Source of the DNA: Candidatus Cloacimonadales bacterium
GTDB taxonomy: Bacteria > Cloacimonadota > Cloacimonadia > Cloacimonadales > JAIOQZ01
Direction of reading: 5' to 3'
NCBI GenBank assembly: GCA_963665815.1
Contig: OY762463.1
Location: 1 to 64,000 of the forward strand
DNA length: 64,000 bases
Position numbers and translations under genes: made by a program. Shown here piece by piece: positions 8,585-17,688 of the stretch (its first letter is position 1; the number at the start of each line of letters is the position of its first letter). Below the pieces are notes generated by a model. That model did not search any database. It was not told where the DNA came from and saw nothing but the letters and a program-made list of their open reading frames with translations.

Positions 8585-9363
8585 ATTTCAACTATTCCTT
8601 CGTACACAATTCTTACATCTCCGGTCAGAATACTCTCATTAGTAAGTTCATCATAACTGACAAGTACAGAACCACCCGGCTGATTTACTGTGACAAACTC
8701 CTGCATCTTTGTTATAAGATGAGCAGATTCAGCACAACAACATGCACCGGTTCCGCAGGCAAATGTGATTCCTGAACCTCTTTCCCAGATTTTTATAGTG
8801 ATATCAGATTCACTGTTAATCCGCATAAAGTGGACATTTACGCCATTTACGAAATACGGATGGCACGATATTTTTTCTGCAAGATGAAAATCCTTCTCAA
8901 TGTCATCTGTGTTAATGACAAAATGAGGATTACCTATATTCAGATACATTCCTTCAATATCAAGATCCTTGAGAAGTACATTTCTTTCTATCAGTTTAAC
9001 TTCGCCCATCGAGACACTGACGTTGTCATTGGATCCTACTTTGCCGGATCTATATCCTGCTTTAGTCATTACTTTGCATTCACGTTTTCCGGTTTTTCTG
9101 TAGAAGTAATATGTTACCGATCTCAAGGCTGATCCGCACATTTCTGCTTCAGAACCATCTGCATTGAAAATTCTCATTGATATATCATGGTCAGGCTGAT
9201 TGAAATCCATCAGGACAATTCCGTCAGCGCCAATATCAAGCCTTCTTCTGGAAAACTTGGCTGCAAGCTCCGGAATCTTAGATTCCGAGATGAAATCATT
9301 ATCCAGATCGAAATAGATATAGTCATTTCCCTGAGCGGTCATCTTTGTGAAAGGGAGTTTCAT
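8581..9363 (-). CDS. dapF: Diaminopimelate epimerase
   Basis: FTKM..QGNDY, IGADG, NADGSEAEMCG, GNPH, ERGSGITFACGTG. Confidence 0.95.
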   Translation of the reverse strand: MKLPFTKMTAQGNDYIYFDLDNDFISESKIPELAAKFSRRRLDIGADGIVLMDFNQPDHDISMRIFNADGSEAEMCGSALRSVTYYFYRKTGKRECKVMTKAGYRSGKVGSNDNVSVSMGEVKLIERNVLLKDLDIEGMYLNIGNPHFVINTDDIEKDFHLAEKISCHPYFVNGVNVHFMRINSESDITIKIWERGSGITFACGTGACCCAESAHLITKMQEFVTVNQPGGSVLVSYDELTNESILTGDVRIVYEGIVEI

Positions 9364-10094
9364 TATACCTTCATAATTTCATCGAAAACGTTATAAAACT
9401 CATGTATACCTTTTTTGTCTCTGATCCATTTTGCAGCGAGAATTGCACCAACTGCAAAACCTTCTCTGGTTCTGGCAGTGTGCTTCAGCTCTATAGTATC
9501 GAAAGGTGAGTCAAAAGTTATAGAGTGAGTTCCTGGAATACTCCCGCATCTGACACTCGAAAACTGTAGCTCTTCCTTCTCGATTTTCCTGTTGCATGTT
9601 TCATACAAAGGCAAATGCTTGGTTTCAGAATTTTTTATGATTAGATCTGCAAGCTTTTTTGCAGTTCCTGACGGACTGTCAAGTTTACCTGTGTGATGAG
9701 CTTCGAATCCGGAAACATCGTATTGCTTAAGATTATTCATCAAGGTTGTTGATGTTTCAATCATTTTGAAGAAAGCATTCATTCCAACAGAGAAGTTTGC
9801 TCCAAAAATCATACCTTTGTCGGATTTATTGATTGCCAGTTCGATTTCTCCGAGATTGTTCTGCCATCCAGTTGTCCCAACAACAATGGGTTTGTTGCTG
9901 TCTATTGCAAAGAAAATATTTTCTGTTGCTGATTTTGGAGTTGAAAAGCTTATGAGTACATCCGCATCTTCAACTCTTCCTTCGATGATGTCCAGTCCCG
10001 GATCATTAATATATGTAATTCTGCAATCATAAGATTGGGCAAGATGCTCAATCATTTTTCCCATCCTGCCGTATCCAAGCAGTCCAATCTGCAT
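9363..10094 (-). CDS. dapB: 4-hydroxy-tetrahydrodipicolinate reductase
   Basis: GYGRMG, GTTGW, ANFSVG, EAHH..KLDSPSGTA, REGFAVGA. Confidence 0.95.
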   Translation of the reverse strand: MQIGLLGYGRMGKMIEHLAQSYDCRITYINDPGLDIIEGRVEDADVLISFSTPKSATENIFFAIDSNKPIVVGTTGWQNNLGEIELAINKSDKGMIFGANFSVGMNAFFKMIETSTTLMNNLKQYDVSGFEAHHTGKLDSPSGTAKKLADLIIKNSETKHLPLYETCNRKIEKEELQFSSVRCGSIPGTHSITFDSPFDTIELKHTARTREGFAVGAILAAKWIRDKKGIHEFYNVFDEIMKV

Positions 10095-10106
10095 AAATTC
10101 TCCGTA

Positions 10107-11219
10107 TTATCTATAGTTTTCGATTAATTTCTTAACCCATTTGTAACCGTATTCAAGTTCGGAAACTTTTATCTGCTCTTCAGTTGTGTGAACTTTATCC
10201 ATTCCTGATCCACAGATAATCATTTTGATGCCGTGTTTGTTGATTATGTTAGCATCTGAACCACCACCGCCTTTAACGGTTTTTGGTTTTAGACCAATTT
10301 CCCCAGCTGCTTTTACTGCAATATCAACAACTTCTTCATTATCCTGCATGAAGAATGCATCATACTCTCTTTCAATGTGAATATCAGCTGTTGCTTTCCA
10401 ATCTCCAAGAGAGTATCCGGCAACGGTTTCCTCAATGGCTTTTACCATGGATTCAGTAACTTTTTCCAGCTTCTCAACATTGTGTGATCTGGCTTCACCG
10501 TTCATTTTAACATAATCCGGTACGATATTTGTAGCTACTCCACCTTTAATGATACCTATGCTGCAGGTAGTTTCTTCGTCTATTCTGCCAAGAGTCATTT
10601 TTGAGATTGCTTCAGCAGCAATAGCAATAGCGTTAACGCCATTTTCAGGTTCTGCTCCTGCATGAGCTTTTTTACCGTGGATTTCGAAGCATACTGAGTT
10701 CTGGGATGGTGCACCGCAGACAAATTCACCAACATGATGAGAGTCCAGAGCATATCCGATTTTAGATTTCAGTTTAGAGTAATCTGTGTATTTTGCTCCA
10801 AGAAGTCCGATCTCTTCAGAGATTGTGAAAAGAACTTCGATTGGAGCATGGTCTTTATCTTCTTCGATTATTTCTTTAATTCCCCAGTAGATTTCTGCAA
10901 TACCTGATTTATCGTCTGAACCGAGAATTGTTGTTCCGTCAGATTTGATAATACCATCTTCAATTACCGGTTTGATTCCGTTACCTGGTTTAACCGTATC
11001 GAGATGAGCACAGAAAAGGATTGGATCTTTTTTGATATTGCCATCAAAATAAGCATAGAAATTACCTACATTTCCACCTGTTTTTTCGTTAGCGTTATCG
11101 AACTCAACTTTTGCACCGAGAGCTTCGAAATCAGATTTAATTTTAAGAGCAACTTCTTTTTCATTAAGTGATTCACTGTCGATAGTAATTAGTGAAAGAA
11201 AATAATCTACAACTGTCAT
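10107..11219 (-). CDS. M20 family metallopeptidase (peptidase T-like)
   Basis: AHLDTV, GSDDKSG, EEIGLLGA, GGGSDAN, HTTEE. Confidence 0.9.
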   Translation of the reverse strand: MTVVDYFLSLITIDSESLNEKEVALKIKSDFEALGAKVEFDNANEKTGGNVGNFYAYFDGNIKKDPILFCAHLDTVKPGNGIKPVIEDGIIKSDGTTILGSDDKSGIAEIYWGIKEIIEEDKDHAPIEVLFTISEEIGLLGAKYTDYSKLKSKIGYALDSHHVGEFVCGAPSQNSVCFEIHGKKAHAGAEPENGVNAIAIAAEAISKMTLGRIDEETTCSIGIIKGGVATNIVPDYVKMNGEARSHNVEKLEKVTESMVKAIEETVAGYSLGDWKATADIHIEREYDAFFMQDNEEVVDIAVKAAGEIGLKPKTVKGGGGSDANIINKHGIKMIICGSGMDKVHTTEEQIKVSELEYGYKWVKKLIENYR

Positions 11220-11602
11220 AATATATCCTTTTTGCGAGACCAGTGCATAACTCAGGAATATAAACTATTCATGATATGCAGTGATTTCTAAATGTTTTTT
11301 TCAGATTAAACAAACAATATTGTCAAAAAACTGTCAATAACAATGTTTGATTTGAAGACAGTCAATCTGACGAAATGTATTACATAGAATGAATTGCATG
11401 GATAGGAAGTGTATTATAATGAGTAAATATTGATAATGTACATTGAATGTGATTTATCTTAACATCATGCAAACAAGAACTTAACAAAAAGTTAATACCG
11501 GAAAAAATATTGGAAAACAATTGACATGATTTCGCAATATTATCCTATAGAATGCTTTCTTGTTGAAAGCTATTAGTAACTAAATACTTATAATAGGAGT
11601 TT

Positions 11603-13555
11603 ATGATGAAAAAAGGACTTAGTGCTTTAACCTTGTTTTTTATTTTTTTGATGGCAGGCAATTTGTTTGCTGTGGATCACTTTACTGAAAGTTTTGAAAA
11701 TCCTGATGTCTGGAGTAGTTATACTACAGGAACCGTTACATTTGATAGTGGAGCCTGGGAATTTGTTTCTGTATACCCTGAAGCTTCAACACAATCTTAT
11801 GACGGATCAAAAGCATGCCGTATCAACGATGATACTGTAGGAGCATCCATTACATCCCCTGCAGTTAATACTGTTGGTACAATTTCATTCTACTATCACA
11901 GACCATTCACAGGAACCGGAGACTTCATTCTTCAAAAATCATACGATGGCACAAATTTCGTTGACCTTGATACTGTTAACTTTGATAATGTCACAACACC
12001 TACACTCTATTCATTCAATGTTAATGATTTAAATTCAACAATTTATATGCGTATTTTAAATGAGGATAACACTGCTCACCTGGCAATTGATTATGTTACA
12101 ATTACAGATTTCAGTGGAGTGGCCAATCCTGTTGTAAATCTCAGCCTTAGTTCTAATACAGCAACCGAAAATTTTGAGTCGATTGTAACTGTTACTGCAA
12201 GTACAGATGCTGCTGTAACCGGTGACCAGACTGTTGACGTAACTGTTACAGGCGGAAATATAACAGCAAATGATTATGTTCTGTCCAACACATCCATTAC
12301 AATATCTGATGGAACAACATCTGGAATCATTACTTTTACTGTAAGCGATGACTCCGATTTTGAAGGTACTGAGTATGCAACAATAGCAATCTCTAATCCT
12401 TCAGCAGGACTCAGCCTTGGTTCCACTCTTTCTGATGTGGTAACTATCACAGATAATGATACACCGTCTTTACCTCTTACTGAGGATTTCGAAAGTCAGA
12501 CTCTTGGAATCTTTACTGCCTACAGTTCAGCAAGTAACAAGGACTGGGGGATATCAACATATAACAGTAATTATTATGCCTATGTAAACGGTTATCAAGG
12601 TGATGTAAATTCAAATGACTGGCTGATTACTCCTGCTCTTGACCTTACATCTGCAACATATCCTCAAATCACATTCGATAACGCAAAAAACTACACAGGT
12701 CCAGACCTTGAACTTGTTGTTTCTACTGATTATGACGGAACTTCTGATCCTGCATTACAAGGAACATGGGACTCAATTCCATTTGCTATGTCTACAGGTT
12801 CATGGGCTTGGATTTCTTCAGGAGCTCTTGACTTATCTCCATATATAAGCTCATCTACATATATTGCTTTCCATTATACTTCTGATGCTAATGCAGCCGG
12901 CTGGGAAATTGATAATATTGTTATCGAAGATGGAGATGGATCTCTTCCTGTTACATTGTCTTCATTCAATTGTGTTTTAACAGAAAACAATTTTGTAGAA
13001 CTAAACTGGGTAACAAAGTCAGAAACAGAAATGGAAGGATATTACCTTTACAGAAACAACAATGATGACCTGAATAATGCAATTAGAGTTAATCCACAAT
13101 TAATCTTTGCTGAAAATCTTTCAAGTGGATCAAACTATTCTTACACAGATAGCGATGTATATGAAAGTGGAACTTACTACTACTGGTTAGAGTCTGTAAG
13201 TATTACAGGTAATGTACAATTCTACGGACCTGTTACTGCAACAATCAAGGACGGAAGCAATGGTGATGCCCCTGAAGTTTGCGAAATTACAGAACTGAAA
13301 TCAGCTTTCCCAAATCCATTTAACCCTGAAACAACAATCAGTTTCAGTATTAAAGATGGCGAAACAGGAAATCTTGTAATCTTCAACCTTAAAGGTCAGA
13401 TTGTTAAATCTTATAACGATTTTAGTGAAGGAACACACGAAGTAAAATGGTATGGTAAAGACAATAACGGAAGTAAAGCTGCTTCAGGCACTTACTTCTA
13501 TAAACTTACTACACCATCTACAAATGAAACTAAAAAACTTATTCTTATGAAATAG
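11603..13555 (+). CDS. Secreted modular protein: Calx-beta-like plus DUF5017/choice-of-anchor-J-like domain, FlgD-Ig sorting domain
   Basis: Signal peptide; D..FEG.E / ITDND Calx-like motifs; NDWLITPALDL; LPVTLSSF; PNPFNPETTI C-terminal domain. Confidence 0.8.
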   Translation: MMKKGLSALTLFFIFLMAGNLFAVDHFTESFENPDVWSSYTTGTVTFDSGAWEFVSVYPEASTQSYDGSKACRINDDTVGASITSPAVNTVGTISFYYHRPFTGTGDFILQKSYDGTNFVDLDTVNFDNVTTPTLYSFNVNDLNSTIYMRILNEDNTAHLAIDYVTITDFSGVANPVVNLSLSSNTATENFESIVTVTASTDAAVTGDQTVDVTVTGGNITANDYVLSNTSITISDGTTSGIITFTVSDDSDFEGTEYATIAISNPSAGLSLGSTLSDVVTITDNDTPSLPLTEDFESQTLGIFTAYSSASNKDWGISTYNSNYYAYVNGYQGDVNSNDWLITPALDLTSATYPQITFDNAKNYTGPDLELVVSTDYDGTSDPALQGTWDSIPFAMSTGSWAWISSGALDLSPYISSSTYIAFHYTSDANAAGWEIDNIVIEDGDGSLPVTLSSFNCVLTENNFVELNWVTKSETEMEGYYLYRNNNDDLNNAIRVNPQLIFAENLSSGSNYSYTDSDVYESGTYYYWLESVSITGNVQFYGPVTATIKDGSNGDAPEVCEITELKSAFPNPFNPETTISFSIKDGETGNLVIFNLKGQIVKSYNDFSEGTHEVKWYGKDNNGSKAASGTYFYKLTTPSTNETKKLILMK

Positions 13556-13577
13556 GTTTTGTAAACATATATCTTTT

Positions 13578-13608
13578 AAGGCAGTCTTAACGGGCTGCCT
13601 TTTTTTTT
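13578..13608 (+). terminator. Intrinsic terminator
   Basis: AAGGCAGTC-TTAAC-GGGCTGCCTT plus T run. Confidence 0.85.
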
Positions 13609-13908
13609 AGTGATCCCTTTTGTCTTGTGGACATTTTTCCAGTTTCAGAAGAACAAATGGATGATTTCTGCTGTAAACTATGTAGGAATTTTTGGCATCC
13701 CCCTTTTTTCTTGAAAATCATTCCTGATAAGATAATGTTACTAAAATTATTTTTTTTGGAATAATTTTTGCGTATCAAAATAGTAACAGATTTATTAGTA
13801 TTATGAAGAATTTTTGTTCTTGAAATTGTTATACAGATTTATTGGCTAAATGATTGACATGAAATTAAATAAGCTGCTTAAATCGATTAATGTACAAAGG
13901 AGGAGATT

Positions 13909-16900
13909 ATGAGTGTAAGAAAATTGACTACTATTCTATTTTTAGTTGTGTTGAGCGCGCTGAACGCAGATATTCATTTTACGGAAAGTTTTGAAAATCC
14001 TGATAACTGGAGCACTTATGTGACTGGTAACGTGACATTTGACAGTGGGATCTGGGGATTCGTTTCAGTATTTCCTGAAGCTTCGACTGCTTCATATGAT
14101 GGTGTTAAGGCTTGCCGTATTAATGATGATACTGCAGAGGCTTCTATTACTGCACCAGCTGTAAATACTGTAGGGACTATATCTTTTTATTATCATAAGC
14201 CATTTACAGGAGAAGGGAGTTTTATTCTTCAAAAGTCAACGGATGGAGGTACAACATTTGTTGATCTTGATACAGTTGACTATGGAAATGCCACAACTCC
14301 GACATTCTATTCATACAATGTCAATGATATAAGTGCAAGTGTGATTATGAGAATTCTAAATGACAATAACACTGCTCATCTGACAATTGACTATGTTACT
14401 ATTACTGATTTTTATGGGGTAAGTAGTCCTGTTGTAAACCTCAGTTTAAGTGCAAATGCAGGAACAGAGCTTGAGCAGACTGTAATAACGGTTACAGCTG
14501 CAACTGATTCTGTAGTGACTGGTGATCAGACTATTGATGTAGAAGTTTCGGGTGCTGATATTGATATGAACGATTATGTTCTTTCAAATACTGTAATTAC
14601 AATTTCGGATGGTACAACTTCAGGTAATGTCACTTTTACAATCAGTGATGATTCGTTTTTCGAAGGCAATGAAGATGCAATCATTGCGATTACAAATCCT
14701 TCTATGGGACTCAGGCTTGGTACGACTACTTCCGATATTGTAACTATTGTTGACAATGAAACGCCAGTGTTACCGATAACTGAAAACTTCGAAAGCAATA
14801 CTCTCGGCGTTTTCACAGAATACAGTTCTGCAAGTAACAGAGATTGGATTGTTCAATATTTTGACAATAATTACCATGCAAGAATGAGTGGATATCAGGG
14901 TGATGAGTATTCTGACGACTGGCTGATATCACCGGCAATTGATTTATCAAACTCTATTAATCCAACAATCATGTTTGATAATTCTACATGTTATATCGGA
15001 CCTGCTCTGGTGTTAAAGGTTTCAACAGATTATGATGGACTATCCGATCCCACAACTCAGGGAACATGGACAGCTTTGCCATTCAATTTATCTACCGGTA
15101 ATTTTAACTGGGTTTCGTCAGGCGCAGTCAATCTTTCAGCATATATCAGTGCTTCTACCTATGTGGCTTTTCATTATACTTCAGATGCAACAGGTTCGAG
15201 TAACTGGCTGATTGATAACATTGAAATTACTGATTCTAATGTTGTGCCAACTGTTAATATTGCTCTTGGTTTAAGTAGTGGCTCTGAACAATATATGACA
15301 TCGTTTGGAGTTTCTGCATATACAGATGTAAGTGTATCGGGGGATCAGACAGTGGATGTAGTAATATCCGGTACAAATATTGACAGTAATGATTATATGT
15401 TGTCAAGCTCGACAATTACAATACCGGATGGAGCAACAAGCGGTGGAGTGATTTTTTATGTTCTTGATGATGCAGAGTGGGAAGGGAATGAAACGGCAGT
15501 CATAACATTATCAAATCCTTCAGACGGCATTATTCTTGGTTCAATGATTAACGATAATTTTATAATTCGAGATAATGAAGTTAACGATACTACATTAATT
15601 GTGACTGAAGATTTTGAAAGTAACACGCTTGGAATATTTACTTCTTACAGTTCGGCGAGTAATGCTGATTGGAGTGTAATGAGTAATGGAAGTAATCACT
15701 ATGCCCGAGTAAACGGCTTTAATGCTGATGAGGCTTCAGACGACTGGCTGATTTCTCCCGCTCTGGATTTATCATTAGCTGCCAATCCACATATGATTTT
15801 TGATAATTCAATGAACTATTCAGGCCCTGATTTGGAATTAATGATTTCTATCGATTATGACGGATTTTCTGATCCAAACTCTCAGGGAACATGGATAACA
15901 TTACCATTCAATCATTCTACCGGGGCTTATAACTGGGTTTCATCAGGTACAGTAGATTTGTCATCACATATAAGTACTTCGACATATGTTGCATTCCATT
16001 ACACATCAACTGATACTCATAGTGCGTCCTGGCAAATAGATGATATACAATTTTTTAATATTTTGTCTGTTCCTACTGTAAGCCTTGATCTCAGTTCGAA
16101 TCAAGGCACAGAAGAATATCAGTCAGTATTGACAATATCAGCAGTTGCTAATGCGAGTGTAACAGGAGATCAGACGGTTGATGTTTTAATATCCGGAACG
16201 AACATTAATAGTGATGATTATCACCTTTCAAACACAACAATAACTATACCGGATGGGGCAACCAGCGGCAGTGTGGCTTTTACAATTCTTGATGATCCGA
16301 GATGTGAAGGTGATGAAACAGCAATTGTAACTTTATCCAATCCTTCAGACGGAATTTATCTCAGTTTAACCAGTTCAGGTAATATCGCAATCATTGATAA
16401 TGATATCAGTGACAGTACATTAATCGTGTCAGAAGATTTCGAAAGTAATACGCTTGGAATATTTACTTCTTACAGTTCGGCGAGTAGCAGAGACTGGGCG
16501 GCAAATTTTTATGGCGGTAGATATTATGCAAGAATGGACGGCTTTAATGCAGATGAGGATTCAAATGACTGGTTGATATCTCCGGCTCTTAATTTATCAT
16601 TTTCTTCTAATCCAAGTGTTATTTTTGAGAATTCAAAGAATTATGCCGGTCCGGATGTTGAATTGAAAGTTTCCATGGATTATGACGGATTCTCCGATCC
16701 GACAACTCAGGGTACCTGGACAACATTGCCTTTCAATCAATCTATCGGTGCTTTTAACTGGGTATCATCCGGAACTGTAGATTTATCAGCTTTTATCAGT
16801 CCTTCAACCTATATTGCCTTCCATTATACATCAAATGATACAGGGTGTGCAAGCTGGGAAATTGATGATATACGGATTTTTAATGCTGTAATTGCACCTG

Positions 16901-17541
16901 CTGTAAATCTTGAACTCAGTTCAAATAGTGGTTCCGAGGAAGAGGAAACGGTAATAACAATAACAGCAAATGCGAATATGCCGGTATACGGGGTTACTAC
17001 TCTGGATGTATTAGTATCTGGAGAAGATATTGACAGTGATGATTATGAATTGTCCGGTACAACAATTACAATTTCTAATGAATCAAACACAGGTAGTGTG
17101 ACTCTTACGATTCTGGATGACCTTGAACATGAGGATCCTGAAACGTTAAATGTTGCAATATCGAACTTCTCAATGGGAATTGTACCCGGTCAGACTGTTT
17201 CCGGAACTATTACCATTGCAGATAATGATTCACTCGTTGCAACGACACCGGTGCTGGAGTGTTTCAGAACGGAACTGCACAGTGTCTACCCAAATCCGTT
17301 CAATCCGGAGACAACAATAGCATATTCTCTTAAGTCAGAAAGCAATGTGTCTATTGAAGTGTTAAATGTAAAAGGGCAGAAAGTTAAATCTATATACAGA
17401 GGTTTCACTCCTGCCGGAAATCATAGTGTGAAATGGTTTGGCAGGAATGACGAAAACAAGCGAGTTGGTTCAGGTATTTATTTTGTGCGGATGGTAACAG
17501 ATAACTATCGGGAAGTTCGAAAGATCATTCTGCTAAAATAG
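13909..17541 (+). CDS. Paralogous secreted modular protein with three Calx-beta/DUF5017-like modules, an extra Calx-like domain and FlgD-Ig domain
   Basis: Same N-terminal domain as 11603; EDFESNTLG..DWLISPA.DLS module repeated three times; PNPFNPETTI C-terminal domain. Confidence 0.8.
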   Translation: MSVRKLTTILFLVVLSALNADIHFTESFENPDNWSTYVTGNVTFDSGIWGFVSVFPEASTASYDGVKACRINDDTAEASITAPAVNTVGTISFYYHKPFTGEGSFILQKSTDGGTTFVDLDTVDYGNATTPTFYSYNVNDISASVIMRILNDNNTAHLTIDYVTITDFYGVSSPVVNLSLSANAGTELEQTVITVTAATDSVVTGDQTIDVEVSGADIDMNDYVLSNTVITISDGTTSGNVTFTISDDSFFEGNEDAIIAITNPSMGLRLGTTTSDIVTIVDNETPVLPITENFESNTLGVFTEYSSASNRDWIVQYFDNNYHARMSGYQGDEYSDDWLISPAIDLSNSINPTIMFDNSTCYIGPALVLKVSTDYDGLSDPTTQGTWTALPFNLSTGNFNWVSSGAVNLSAYISASTYVAFHYTSDATGSSNWLIDNIEITDSNVVPTVNIALGLSSGSEQYMTSFGVSAYTDVSVSGDQTVDVVISGTNIDSNDYMLSSSTITIPDGATSGGVIFYVLDDAEWEGNETAVITLSNPSDGIILGSMINDNFIIRDNEVNDTTLIVTEDFESNTLGIFTSYSSASNADWSVMSNGSNHYARVNGFNADEASDDWLISPALDLSLAANPHMIFDNSMNYSGPDLELMISIDYDGFSDPNSQGTWITLPFNHSTGAYNWVSSGTVDLSSHISTSTYVAFHYTSTDTHSASWQIDDIQFFNILSVPTVSLDLSSNQGTEEYQSVLTISAVANASVTGDQTVDVLISGTNINSDDYHLSNTTITIPDGATSGSVAFTILDDPRCEGDETAIVTLSNPSDGIYLSLTSSGNIAIIDNDISDSTLIVSEDFESNTLGIFTSYSSASSRDWAANFYGGRYYARMDGFNADEDSNDWLISPALNLSFSSNPSVIFENSKNYAGPDVELKVSMDYDGFSDPTTQGTWTTLPFNQSIGAFNWVSSGTVDLSAFISPSTYIAFHYTSNDTGCASWEIDDIRIFNAVIAPAVNLELSSNSGSEEEETVITITANANMPVYGVTTLDVLVSGEDIDSDDYELSGTTITISNESNTGSVTLTILDDLEHEDPETLNVAISNFSMGIVPGQTVSGTITIADNDSLVATTPVLECFRTELHSVYPNPFNPETTIAYSLKSESNVSIEVLNVKGQKVKSIYRGFTPAGNHSVKWFGRNDENKRVGSGIYFVRMVTDNYREVRKIILLK

Positions 17542-17551
17542 AATTTTGTGA

Positions 17552-17581
17552 AAGGCAGTCTTAACGGGCTGCCTTTTTTTT
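17552..17581 (+). terminator. Intrinsic terminator identical to 13578-13608
   Basis: Same hairpin sequence plus T run. Confidence 0.85.
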
Positions 17582-17688
17582 ATCTAATTTCCGAGAACTG
17601 AAGCATTAAAAACTATTACCTTTACAAAAATTGTTTATTACTCTAGGATGTATTTAATCAGATTCCAATAATGAGAAATTAAGGGGGA

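Noticed and set aside
11220-11600. Lysine riboswitch upstream of the dap operon
   Set aside because: No L-box consensus recognised and the likely leader is too short
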